Position numbers and translations under genes: made by a program
Assembly (NCBI GenBank): GCA_964035545.1
Contig: OZ037765.1
Location: 9,806,698 to 9,870,697 of the forward strand
Source: Bugula neritina
Lineage: Eukaryota; Animalia; Bryozoa
DNA: 64,000 nucleotides
Direction: 5' to 3'
Shown here: positions 41,141 through 55,800 of the stretch, one piece after another
Numbering within the stretch: the stretch's first letter is position 1
How the letters are laid out: each line of letters opens with the position of its first letter
The notes under the pieces: generated by a model
Seen by the model: the letters and a program-made list of their open reading frames with translations, nothing else
Database searches by the model: none
What the model was told of the DNA's origin: nothing

Positions 41141-43090
41141 TTGAAATAACGAAAGCAAATGCAGCAAAACGAGTTGCTAAAATATAAAGTGCTTAAAATA
41201 TTCGCTTACAAAACTTTAAGCATATAACATGGCTGTTCAACCTTTTATACTAATGTGTAACAGGATTACCATTTCTTTCAGCGTAGGCGAGCCTGATTGG
41301 TAGAGACTGCAGTTCATGGTTTGAATTTTTATTTTTGTTACTTTCATATCCCGGAGGAACTACCAGTTAAAGTTAATTCAACTTACTAGCATCATGCTTC
41401 GTAACTTTTTCCCTACTATTTTCAGACATTTTTTCACAATATTTTTTTTTGTCTGAGGTAATAATCCCTTAAAAATATGGTCGAAAATTGCTTTGCAGAC
41501 TAGAGAAAAGAGTGATTTTTCAAGATGGCTGTACTTTCACTCAATATTAGTCATATTTTATATAACCATAACTAAGTATCTTGCATTAACTATCTTGGTG
41601 TTGCTATGAAATCATATCCAAGCCCTAAAGGGGTCACATTTGCTAGTTTCATCTTGTAGATTGAAATTTGCTAATGTGTCAGTATTTGCCATCATGGGTG
41701 ACATCACAACATTTGCTAAAATCTGATTGCCTGTATTGCTTCAAACGATTAATGTTACTTTATTTTGTGCAATTCATCTAATAGGCTCTATTAGCCAAAT
41801 GTCTCAGAAACTTGCTCACAAAGATTATTAATCCGAAAACACCCATTTTCTCTTTTTTGCTTTAACTTTGGCAAGATTAACTTTGATAAATTTATACCCT
41901 CAGTAAACCTATATACAACAATTATGCTCCAAACTTGCACTGGCTTTTGTAGTAGGTAGGCTTACATCAATGAAGAAATTTAGAAAAGCCTGTGCTCTAG
42001 ATTAGAGCTTTATTGTAATATAAGTCATGTTATGTATAGATAATTCCGACCTCAAGCCTAAATGTATTAGTTTAGGCTATTGCAATTTCTCCAATACATT
42101 TTCATGATCACCCCCCCCCCCCCCACCTCCTCCAGTCAAACCAGTCTTAGATAATCTCACAAACAACTTACGTAACTTCACATCATATGTGTCCTTATCT
42201 TTTCAATGCAATTATGTCATCAGCCAAATGTACTGCAAATTTCAGACAAATTGAAATATTTCAAAGCTGGCATTTACACCTATAGTTGTACTAGCCCAAA
42301 AGGTTGCTAAAAATATTTATTGAAAACATTATATTTTGGTAACAGAGTCTCCACTTTTTCTATTTCAGATTTTTGATTAGCAGTCACTAAGAGATTTCAA
42401 TTTATGTTGATTAACAATATAGTCGTTAATAGTAAACTTGCAGCTATATTTTTGTTGGAAACTAAAAGTTTGCATGTACTTTGATCAAGACAGCCTAACT
42501 TGACTCTTCTAAGACAGCAAAAATGCTTATTAACTTTGTCAAAATTGAAGCAAAGAAGTATGTTTATGTTAAAGACCATATTGAATAAAACAGTTTTAGA
42601 AAATTTGATTATACCATTTTATGAATTGCACAAGCATATCACACTTCTAGATTACCACCAAAAGCTATAGAGTATAGCAAATAATTGCAAACTTAGCATT
42701 TTATTCTCAATGATATGTACACTTTTAGCACATTAATTAGATTGTATAAAGCAAGTTATTTCTTTTTTCTGCGGCTTTGCAATGCTCGTATATTATATAT
42801 GCAATACATATATTGTATTACGTCTGGAAGCAATGCTTTATTGCATTAAAGGAAATTGACCTAATGAGCTACATTATTAGTTTTTAAGTAATCAACGGAA
42901 TGTTCAATAAAGTCAGCCATGACATAGAACCAATGTTAACAACAAATTAAACTAGATTGCAAAATTTGTTTTACCTGTTTTACGAATTGCATAATATCCA
43001 GAATAGTTAATGCTGCAAAACACTTAACATCATTTTGGTCATAAAGGTAAATAATATATAGCAAAAAGCAACTATACCTGCAATGGCTTA

Positions 43091-43393
43091 TCCCTCAGAC
43101 ACGCTTTACCATAACGTAGACGATAACGTCAAATGTCAGCCATTTTTAAAAATGTCTGGACTCACCTTACGACATTTCGATACGTCGAGGATCAAACACT
43201 GCTTGATTAAAAACATTACGTGAGGCCCGATTTGACAGGGAGATGTTCACATCGACTCATTGGATATGAATTGTCCAATGTGGTTTCATAAGTCTTACCC
43301 AATAGCGGGCTTTGAGAACTTCAGCTCGGAGACATTAAAGATGGCTGAGATTTGACGTCGCTGTCGATGTTACAGCAAAGTGTGAATCCGGCC
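43091..43393. mobile_element. Older Harbinger-like MITE (~300 bp)
   Basis: ~45-bp imperfect inverted repeats (CTTTACCATAACGTAGACGATAACGTCAAATGTCAGCCAT / ATGGCTGAGATTTGACGTCGCTGTCGATGTTACAGCAAAG); TTA on both flanks; left terminus decayed. Confidence 0.6.
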
Positions 43394-44267
43394 TTAGAAT
43401 AGTTTGGCAACCGTTAGCTTATAATCAACAAACTGTATGAAATCTTATTAACTTTTCATATGAGTTTAAAAGCAGCCCTTGCTTTTTAACAGTTTGTTTT
43501 TGGTAACTTTTCTGTACAAATACACATCGATGTTATTATGAACATCTTTTAATCTTATTAGTCTTCTTACAACAAATACTTCATAGGAAGTTATTTTCAA
43601 TTAAAATAATTTTCTTTTTAAATATCCCAACAAGGTGCAGACAAATTACTTATATAGAAATTTTAAGTGACGCTTTGACTGACTTGCAGGGCTCTTTCAA
43701 ACGCCAGAAGGTAAAACCTTTGATTTCAGCTTAATTATTTTTTGCTTTGAGCCAAAGAGATAGTAGGCCTATATATAAATACTGTTAACTTATTTGGTGT
43801 CAAACTGTCATTATATGCATCAGTCAGCCTATAATAGCCTATATGGTATTAGCAATGTTATATCTATTTTAGGATAAATTTATGTTTCCTATAATCCTCG
43901 TAGCTTTCAAAAGAAGTTTATATCTGACTGAGCTTACCCTTAATATTAGGGACAAGAATGGCACCATTCATCACTAGCTAATCACCAAATGTATATTATT
44001 GAAGTCATAGTACATTATTCTTCTTTTTCATGGTACATGCCCATTCATACTTATATTAGATTTTCATTTATGGAAATTGTCTGTTTACAAAAAGGATTTA
44101 CTGATATCTCAGGACTAACCCCGGGTTTTAGACATATTCTAATATCGTTCTAGAGCTATTTCTCTTGTTTTATTTATGAAACTGCCATATCATTCTATTT
44201 AAATTACTTATGACTTAAGGTATTTTATGACTAGAAAGTATTTCATGTTGCTTCTTATCTATATAAT

Positions 44268-44456
44268 GGAAAAAGCAGTTATAGTCTAGTGGCCTAATAA
44301 ACACAAGGTTGGTAGTTCAAATCCCAGTAAAGGTCATTGGTGTTGTAAAAAAGGGCATTTAGTTATAACTGCTTCTTTGCCACAACAAAACGCAAGTTCT
44401 TAGCTCGCTAAAAAAGCCTTTCCATCAAGGATGGCGACTGCAAACTCACATTTTTT
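44268..44456 (+). mobile_element. tRNA-headed SINE, family B (degenerate)
   Basis: TAGTCTAGTGG (A box), AGTTCAAATCCC (B box), GGTCATTGGTGTTGTAAAAAAGGGCAT core and GCGACTGCAAACTCAC tail, as in the other family B copies. Confidence 0.55.
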
Positions 44457-46846
44457 GGGCGCAATTAAACATATTTTGAGTATAAATATGAAACCCTTGT
44501 TCCCATTTACCTAAAACTATGTTGAAATGGTCTTCAGTTTGAATCTTGATGCATACGCTGGTACACAGTTGTTATTGAGCAAGTATTTTCGAGGTTGCTG
44601 AATAATAACTGTTGATTGTAAGTATAGATGTTTACTAGGAGTATGAAAGTACTACACAGTTGCAATGATGTAAGTAGAGATATTTGAAGGCACAAAAATT
44701 CATTTATCAAGTATGAAACCAGTTAATTGCTGTGAGATTCACTCTGTTGAGGCAGTGCCAGGTTATAAAATGGTGCAATAAAATATCTTGAATTTCTGCC
44801 ATTAAAATATGATTATAAATAATTTCATTAAGACAGTTAAATCATTAAAGCTTAATTAGGTTTAAATCGTTTTGAAGAACGTATTAGGCAATTATTTATA
44901 AGGTATGTGTAGTATGTGTAGTAGATAATGAAAAATTATTGTAAAATAATTAAGCTTTCTATTAATTTTACGTATATGTTTTATCTAAATGATTTAAACT
45001 CATTTTCTTTAGTTTCAGCCACATTAGTGAATGTGCTTCAGCTTAATGACTGTTCAAAATTTTGGCAATTTAGAGAATGGATATCTTGATGATCAAAACA
45101 CATAAAAAAGAAAAGAGTGCCAATGAATTAATTATGAAAGTTATTACTGTGTTGCTGTAAAGTAGTGGTACTTCACCTGTTTTTCACCATTCATCGTTTT
45201 GCAAAATTTCAACGCTCCATTCTACCCCCCCCCCTTCTCTTCTAGTATTTGTACTGTTTTGTGGCTAGGGTCGTTCAGAAGTAGGTGTCAATACTTAAAT
45301 TGAATACCAAAAACAGTATGGTCTCCTCAAATGCTAATAATGTTCATTAATTAAATGTGGCTCAGGTTGATGCATGGCTCCATAGAATAATTGCTCAAAG
45401 TTTTTCGGACACATTATGGGATTTTAACAGCATTCTTTGAGATAAATGAAAAGCTATAGTTTAGGTATCAGATTAGAAACTGGTTCTTTTGAAATTTGAA
45501 TGCATATAATTCAGTTAGATTTATTTACTATAATGAGGGAAAATTTTAAATTTACACATGTATCTGTGAACAACATTAAATATATAATATTTAGAATAAA
45601 TTGCAAACTCCTACTCAACTGGAATACTGAACTGTTGTTTACTCTAAATACATAAAGTATAAAGTATGGACACTAGTTGATTAAGTATATAATATGCAAT
45701 GCATTTGGCACTTAGTTAAAAGCTAAATATAGCATATATAGTATATGTGAAGTTATCGCCAAAAAACTATAGACCTACTATTCATTAATCTTGCATTTTT
45801 GATTTATATATATGATGAAAATTTTGTTTATTTTTAGGCTAAAACGCAATAAGCATATTTCAGCTTAATTACTGGTGATTGAGTAAGCAATTTATTTACA
45901 ATTTGGAGAATGGTTATTTTGGTAAAAGCATACAACTGGGATAGGTGCAAATAAATATTATTTAAGGTCATTGCCTTGTTTGTAATAAAACCATTTCTTT
46001 GTAATGTTAAAATGATTAGTAAAACTTCTAAGGAGTATGAAAAAAGTCAATAAAATTTATGATTTATATATTTGTCAATTTTACAAAATATCTTAGTACA
46101 TTGCAGCTTAAAGATATGTTTTTTTGAATTCTTTGCCTCAACAACTGGGGATTTGCACAAGTATATTAAATATATACGCAAACTATATATAAATGTATAT
46201 CTATACTTGATTGACTCATCCACCTGCAATAACATGTGGAGACATTGTCTGTTACATTAGCAAGTAAAACTGGATTGCCATCTGCAACATAGTTGAGTTG
46301 CTTTAAATTATGGTTTAAAATAATTTGATGATTGTTAACACGTAAAACTGTCTTTAGAATACATCACCAACAGGTTTTCACTGCTATGTCAATAATTCAT
46401 TTAATTTCTTCAATTGATGATTAGTTTCTAGTATAATATATTATAGCCATATGCTACAGTATTATATACGCATGGAGACACTTTGCACTTAATGGTAATT
46501 GTGCCCACACATTGCATACATACAGGACGTTTATCATCAATCGATTCACTTGGCACAGACTGTAGCAACATCATCACAATATCTTCATGAGTTTCATAAA
46601 CTAGACGTCTAGAGGTCAACAGTTGAACTTGTTATTAGAAATTTGAACCAGCTTGGTCTGGCAATCGTTTAGCTTTTAAACATCCTTATGAAATCCAGTA
46701 TCTTCTACATACTGGGTGTTGTTTAGAAAACTGATTATATATTACAATTGCTAGTGAAATACTAAAATAGTTTCACTTTACTATTAACCAGTCTGAAGCC
46801 TTATCTGTAAATGAGAAACTTGTGCCAATAAATAGTCTATTTTACG

Positions 46847-47036
<190 letters not shown>

Positions 47037-48816
47037 TGTACCTATAATATATACAATTGATATATATGCAGGGTTGCCACATCAGATTATGACTCTGTGC
47101 CATTAGAGACGGATGCTGCATTAGACTCCAGCTTATTTAGGTTAATATGGTGATTAATTAGACAGAGATTAACCAACAGCACATATAAATACCTCTGACA
47201 AGTAAATAATTTATGAAGCCCTTCATCTCATTTTGAAGTTACGATATATGTCAAGCAGATTAGAGCCAACAGATACCCAGCAGACAGTGTGATCCTTTAC
47301 TAGTCGCACATATGACACTTCAATTGGTTGCATTTTTATGCAGTATATATAAATTTTCTTTTTTACATTTAAAAAAGTTTACATAAATAATTAGAAACGA
47401 AAGTAGTGTAAATAAAGTATTATTGTCATATATGTTTATTGTCTGAATATTTTATATCTTGAATGGATTGCAATAACCTTAACCCTTGCCAGGTTCAACA
47501 AAATAAATTTTAGACAAAAACAGTATTTCTATTTGTCTTTTTTTGATATATTGAAAAAAAATTTAACGGCTTAATTACACTCTACAAGTCTAAATAATAT
47601 TTGCATAATCTTGACAATTAATTTTGTATAATTATGCTGTTTTCATTCAGTCAGTTTACAAACAGTTGCATTCACAATAAAATTTGCTAGATTATGATTA
47701 TATATACAACATGCATAAACCGATCATTTGCCTTCTACTGGCACATATAATGTCTTAAATTTACCATTCACTCTACCATATAAACTACATGATCAGTTAT
47801 TAGCCGGAATACATTTGTTTGGTTTCAGTATAGTTTGTGCTTAGCTAAACGTTTAAACACGCAACCATATACAAAGTGTCTACTTTGTAAATTATACATT
47901 TTGAAAAACCCTTTCAACTTATTTACATTTACACTCCACGTCATAATTATGGTGTACAGTGTACAATATTTTCAGTGTTGAGTTTAAAAAGCTCTGAATG
48001 AGGGTAGATGATTAAGTCTGTAGTAACTTGCAAAGTGCTACAACTATGTTTCTAGGTAATTTGCAGTCTAGAAATATCATTAGTTCAATATATGGCTATC
48101 AATATATTAGTGTTTATTACCGTTAAAATAATTAAAGCATTAGATCCAATATTTTCTACTTAGGCTACTGATAATTCCCAGGATTTATTACAACATTAAT
48201 TTGTTAAATCCTTTGACATATATTTAAAATAAAACATGCAGTTATGTGCGTGCCAAGCTACAAGTGACCAAAAATCAGGATATTAGGTATTAAGAAGATC
48301 TTAGAAATATTTTTACTGTATTTATGGGAAGTTTTAGTGCAGGTATAAGGATTAGAGAAGCTCCCACTGGGATTAGCAACTGTAATTAGTATTTGTACGT
48401 TGCCTAAAGTTATAGATATGCATACTTTCTGGTGTCTGCAACACTCAATTTGGTTTTTTATCATTATATATTTATGCAACATATAACTGGTAAATTTTTG
48501 TTTTAATAAATTCGAGACAAGTTTCAAGTAGGGGTAATGGGGGGGGGGGGGGCACAATGGGCCGAATTTTGAATTTTTTGCTCTCATTCATCTGTTACCG
48601 TTACCCCTATTTAGTATGCATGCAGTTCTCTACATTTACATTAGTTGGTGAGAAACCAATTAAAGGTGAAGTTTTATTCATTAGAAATGCAGTAAAAACA
48701 GTGTGTCAAGTATAATAAGATAGCCCTGTGCACAGGAATTATATTGCTTACATCTAAAAGATTTAAGCAATATAATTATTTGTATTCCAAACCCAACTCT
48801 TTAACCTCCCTTTAAG

Positions 48817-49011
48817 AAAACTCACACAAGTTTATAGTCACTATCCCTGTGAGGAACCCCAATAGAAAGGGTTTTTGTTAGAACGGGCTAAGGACTTTTT
48901 TAGATGACTGGATGCTCTTCCTAACATCACCAATGGCCTTTGTTCAGGTTCGAACCCATGACTTTGTGTTCACAAAGCAAACACTCTAACCCCCTAGACC
49001 ATGGCTGCTCC
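48817..49011 (-). mobile_element. tRNA-headed SINE, family B (best-preserved copy)
   Basis: Minus strand GGAGCAGCCATGGTCTAGGGGGTTAGAGTG..., GGGTTCGAACCT, then GGCCATTGGTGATGTTAGGAAGAGCATCCAGTC. Confidence 0.7.
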
Positions 49012-49845
49012 TTTTTTAACTGTATTTAAGGATGTCTCTTAAATGTGTGCAATGCTTAGGCTACAATGCTTAATAAAAATCTTAATAAAAGAGTGATGTT
49101 AGGTGCTTTAATCAAACTATATAATATAATTCAGTTTTTACTGTAAAGCTGGATGAACACTATCCGGTTTCTAATATTTCTAAATATTGAAGATTACTTT
49201 AGTCCCTTTATAACAAATGTCCCCTATTAAATTACTGGTAAATCTTCTTCATTTGAAATTTCTGCATGACCATTACAAACTGAGAGCTTTGGCTAACTTA
49301 AAACTATTTATAAATAGTAGGTATATTTTACTAAAAAGTTAAAATGAGAACATTTAGTCCCAATATTTGATTCGTTTGACACTGGTCTACCAAGTGAATC
49401 AGCGTGTGTCGAGTAAAATTAGATAACCAAAAAATTTGTAGAACTACAGCTTCCCTGTAGAACCTCTCTTGCATTATTTATTGTAGATTTATAGTTGAGC
49501 TAAATCTGTATTACTAAAATATACTATGAGTCCAACAGAGACCATAGCATGTTGTTATTTCACTGCCATGCATTTTTTAACATGACCTGACTATGAAGCA
49601 ATATAATATACATTGGAGCTGTAGATTTTAATATACCAAATATCTTGTAGCAAAAAATTGTGAGAAAGCTACAGTAAAAATATTCTGAAACAGAGTTGAC
49701 TCAGCTAAAATAATATATAATTATTATAATATAATACAAAAATCTCTATTTATCAAAACATTTATATATACATTATGATAAGCCATACAGAACTATATGA
49801 TACATATGCTGAAAAAGATTCCGAGTATGTAAAATATGACAGTGA

Positions 49846-52800
49846 CTATTTCCGTTTGCGACCAGATCGAAGAGACTGACGTCCTCTTGACGTTCGAGAG
49901 TGTGACGATAGCGAGTTGAGCGTGTCAACTGGAAGATCTGACATATCTACAGGAAGTGGGGGGCGGCAGCGTTTATTCTTCTGTAAATATATTGTAAACA
50001 CTGTGAATATTAGAAATACCAAAATATTATGATTTTTAAAGATTTCAGCAATAATTATACAGCATTACATTTTATTGCATGCATTTAGTTTTCATTGTAT
50101 CAATCACTACGTTTTATGCTAGGCTTTTCATCTTTTTAATATTTCAGGAATAATTGTTGTTTATGATCATAATTTATAATGTATTATAACGATTGCATGC
50201 ACTTAGTTCTCACACTGTATTAATCACCATTTTTTACCAAACACATACCTTAGAGTCTACAGCAAACTGTTGCAAACAACCTTTCACACTAAGTCGTTTA
50301 GTATAATAATTTACCTGCACTGGTGATTTGATTTTCTGCCAGCTAGTGAGGGGACAGCTTGGAATATTTTCCAAGGAAACTCGGGCAGCAGAGGCTTTGG
50401 AGTTGTCATCTCTATTAGCACCTAAGTTGATATATCACAACATAATACATAAACAGTTAACTCTTTCTACACTATAGTTGCATCATTTTCAACTTTGATG
50501 AAAACTAATAGCAGCAGATATATAATGTTAGCCTAGTGATGGGTGTAGTGTACAGACAGGGCACAGGGTAAGTATTGCATGACAATAGATTGACTGTGTG
50601 TAACTGATTAATGCTAAGAACGTCACAACATGACCTTTACTAGGTGTATGAATAAATACAGTATAAGGTACAAAAAGAGTGATTATTAATTATATGTGAT
50701 ATTTTTTATAATTACTTATATTTTAAATAACATGAGATCAGCAGATTGAAATTTTTAAACATTTTTTTAACCTTTTGACGCAAGTATAAATATGATTAGC
50801 GCAAAATCAACTGTATTGAGAAATAGTTTAATTCAATGCTATATTCATAAACGCTGTGAGCGATGCTACGAAGCAGTGAAGAGAGACTAACATATGGAAT
50901 TTATTGACAAAGTTTTGTGTCCTTTTATTTCTATCCTCATAACGTGAGTACAAATTCAAGCATTATATACTACAGATCAGCGCACGATGTCATAATGTAG
51001 AGCAATACAACTCTGAAGACGGAGTTAGAGAGTAGTAATTATTGTGTATACTTGCAGTCATAGAAAATGACATGACATTGTGGTGCAGACATACCAACGT
51101 TTCTGTGACCAGGAGAGGAATTCTTCTGCACTATAGACATATTGGCAGCAAAGGTGACATCAGCGAAAGCACCTGTCATGAGACATTACAAACAGGTAAA
51201 TAGTTATACCAGACTACAACCTGACACGCATGCAGCAATAGCTAGGTAGAAGAAATATTATAAGACTTAAGCTTCCAATTTAGATATTGAATGTTGAAGA
51301 ACATTGCTCATATACTTTATGAGAAAAGAAATTAATTACAGATAAACGCACAACTGTTTTTTGGTATTGATTTAAATAAGCTTTTATCATAATGGAGCAG
51401 AATTTTATTCAAAATGGCTGCCATAGCTTATGGAGTTCATAGAACAAGAGGTGGGGGGGGGCATTTTAAACCCACCATCAGGAGTGCTGATAGCTCGAGC
51501 TCCCACAGCAGCAGATGAAATATGTAGAAGGGGTGTGCTAGGTACCCCCGAGAATGAACTTTCACAGGGTTCTGGTTCCTCATTCTCTTCATCTTCATTG
51601 AAGTTCACCTTCAGACATACAGTAGAATATATACATACATACAGTAGAATATATACAAACATACAGTAGAATATATACATACATACAGTAGAATATATAC
51701 ATACAGTAGAATAGATACATACATACAGTAGAATATATACATACATACAGTAGAATAGATACATACATACAGTAGTATATATACATACATACAGTATAAT
51801 AAATACATACTTACAGCAGATATATAACAGTGTAAAATATTTTTAAGCTAGATAGAGTTTATTTGCAAACATTTCACTAATAGTTTTTAATGTTTCCAAA
51901 ATTCATTTAATATAAATTATTTAAAATAATGATTAATGTATAAAACACCACTCACTCAGTTTCTAATTACAAAGACGCCAAGTTGAAATGCTATCAAATA
52001 AATGCTTTATATTTCATCAAATGACAATTTGCTGTAGCATGACGGTACTCAAGTCAATATATTTGCTAAGGATTAACTTCTAGACATCATTAACATATTT
52101 TGTGATAAATAGTTTAAATATGAATTAGTATAACTATATACGTTCAACAACCCTGCACATTAAAATGACTTAAATCAAATAGAGAAAAAAAATGCTGCAG
52201 ACTGAACACTAAATATGAGAGGCGAGTAGTTACCGTGCTTTACATGCACAACCAAACACAAACACACACACAAACACATACACACACTCGGAAGTAGCAA
52301 GAAACATGAATAACAGAAATGCTATTAGAATTACATACCACTAAACGTTTACCCTGTCAAAATGAAACCAACAACCTAATAAACCATTACAACAACTCTT
52401 ACAAAATGTATAATGCTTTATAGGATAGCACATTACAGTAGAACATAGCACAGTATTATGCTAGAATACAGTATAACATAGCACAGCATTATGCTAAACT
52501 CCACAGCAGCTCAGCAGCCAATAGAATGACTGGCAGCTGAACTCACCTTCCTAGACATGACCTTCTGACTGCCTTTCAGTTTCTCCCTGTCTTTGGCCAA
52601 CTTCTTAGCAGAGCTGAGCAGATGTCTTGAGGCGTGCTCTGGCCTAAGACAATACATTACATGGTGTGCATTCCATACACTGACTTACAGGGCTTCATTG
52701 TATATATGAATGGACAGCGAGATTAAATCATAGGATAACTGCTTACACTGATGAGTTTTTCAGTAAAATATCCATGAATTACATAAATTTAAGTCTTTTT

Positions 52801-55800
52801 AAACTCAAATCAAAGCTATCTGAATGACTGTTTAACACCAGTTTCATAATTGTTGGATGCTGTTGTGATTTAAAATCAACCAATGAGCACTAGCGTTGCA
52901 TCCATAGTTGGCAGCTATCCAATTTCAAGTTGACACTTATCAATTTTTTATAGAAAGTTTTCAACTCCGAGTGATTGCTAATAAAATAAATCATGATGAC
53001 AATCATAATGAGTATCACTTCAATCTAATTAATATAATGACAGCAATTTTGGAGCATCATGTCTGCATGACTTTTAAGGCTAATAGTTATACTCAACTTT
53101 GTTATTAACCTGCCACCAAGACCTAGCGACTTCTAATAAATTTTAAAACCAGCTGCTACCCACAAATCTTGAGATTAGTAATTAAATAAGTTTAAAAGTA
53201 TTTAACAAAAACACCTGATTAAGGGCATATACTTGAAAAACACACTTTTTCCGTTTAGCTATACATACCAGCAATGGTAGGATAATAGAAATATGCATGC
53301 TATTTATAAAATAATGACGTCATCAAAATTTCAGTGCCTAGTGAGACTTCAAAGAGAGTAATAAGACCCACTTCTTCATGGCAGATCTGAGAGGAGGGGG
53401 CGGCATAGCTGGGGTTCCACCCAGAGCTGTGCATATTGGTGTGGCAGACAGTGGTAGAGGAGCCGGAGTGTGCGGTACGGAAGCTGGATGGACACCAGCT
53501 ATATTGCTGGTAGTGTTGAATGGAGTAGTGGCACACTGTGCTTGTCTTTCAACTAATAAATCAAGTTTAAATAACATTAAGCGCTTTTATTACTTCTTAA
53601 GATGATAAAATAGCCATTAATACTTAATAGAATTTCATTGAAGTAATGATAATTTCATTAAGCTACAAATATGGGTTACTATTAAAACTACCGGTGGGCG
53701 TGGCGGTGTGAACAGCTTCACAGGCAACAGTTTCGGCAGCGGCAGCAGCTTCTTTCTCCTCAAACTTCCGAATGTCAAATGTTAGCTCAGCAGAAAGCTG
53801 CTCGTTACCGGCGAGAAGATCTGCCAAGTCATACAACACAGCTGAACAACTCACACAAATTGTGACATACAAAATGTTGTTGTTGTTTACTCAAGTTTGC
53901 TAAAAATAGCATACAAATAAAATTTATAGTGACAAAATAGAATTTATTTTATGAAAATGTTGCGAATTTTTTATAATGCAAGAAAACAAATGAAACCTGC
54001 TAGTTCAGCTTTGTAGTCCTTGGTGAGTTCAATGAGAAAGAGCATGAGGTGTTTAATCATTGGAGAATGGTTTGCTTCCAGCTACAACAAGACAAGTAAT
54101 GCAATGATTATAATCAGGCACTGGATGTCATTAAATATTGTCTAAACTATTGTCATGGTATAAAAATAGATGGACATCCAGATCTGAAAATTTAAACAAA
54201 GGCTGAATTTTCTGAAATCTAAGCATACATAGAAAACATGTCCTCATGTTTATTTACTGCAAACATTATTTTATGCGTTTTTGAGTTAAAGTACATAACA
54301 ATATTTGGATACAAAAAACCCAAGATTAGCTTTACGCATGACAACTTTTGAAACAACTTAATAGTCATAATTGCTGGGCTGAAGTTTATTGAGCTTCAAA
54401 TGTCCACAGTACTTGGTTTTTACCGACACTTAGACTGAGCAGTACTGCATTCTTACTAAATACTTGATGAAGTTTATTCCAAGTGGAAACTGCTTTTAGT
54501 TGTCCAACAACAGTTTTAAACATTTAAATAAAAGCTTACATTTTGAAGTCACAGAGAATAAACTCAAAACTGAGCGAATTTTTTCAGCGTATTTATGCTT
54601 ACAAGCAGAAATTCATTGATAATAACCATCACTATTTTTGTGGAGGAAAAAAAATTCAGAGCCTTCATTACTTTACTGACTTACTTAACCGACTTAACTT
54701 AATTCACATAACTTGACTGACTTAACTGACTAATTGTTAATCATTTTAGGCTCTGCGCTTTCACTAGCCTCTGCTATGGTGCACCATTGGGCCTCATCAT
54801 TACCTCCTTTGGGTGATCCCTTGTATTCTTTTTACTTTATGTATATATATTGATGAAATAAACAAACAAACAAACTTAATTTATTATTTCTTCTCCTAAA
54901 ATCAACTGGCATAATAAAATGTCACAGTTGATGTTGCTAATACGATGTAATAAAAAACCTTGGCTTTGAAAATGACGGGTGTTGACAAATTTATTAGCCA
55001 ACTATGTACTCTACTTTTCCAAGAAGTAAAAAACAACATTCTCCTGCTTCCATCCAGTCACAACTATAATCATTTATCATCATACTATTATTTATATAGT
55101 AGAGGTGCCAAAAATAAAAGCTCTTTTTAACCTGTTACTCCTCAGTCCATGCATTAACCTACCGATGGTGATTTCATTTGATTGCAACTTAGGAGATTTT
55201 GTGTAATTACAGAGTCTACCCCTTGACTATTTGTTACAGAAAGTAATGTTTCTGTTGAAAAAACATTGTGACATGCAAGCATTGATTATACATTAACATA
55301 TTAACATTTTATATTTGTAACTTTTAGCCTAAAACTTTCTTTCTATGGACTTTAAATATAAGAGCCAACAATTATATAGGCTACACGTAACTCTTTAATT
55401 AGAAAAATACAGTGCATGGTAAACAATTCAACAACCTAACCAAGTACTAAAAATGAAAAAAATACTTTTTATAGTTAACTCATTTAACAACAAAATTTTC
55501 CAAATAAAAATGCTATCACTATTTTAGATAAAAATGCCATCACTATTTTAGATAAAAATGACTTGTACTTAGATAAAAATTCAACCATAATAGGTTTCTC
55601 CTCTTAAATACTCAATAAATTTTAAAACAGTTGCAAGTTGTCCGTTTATCTGCTTGATTTGACAACTATGTAGAATAAAAGTATTATTTGATTTTCATAT
55701 ATTATTATAAAAATCGGAAGTATATTTATCAGGTAATTGACCGAATTTTAAATTGACAGTAAATCTATAACATTCTCAGCACATATAAATAATTGAGCTG

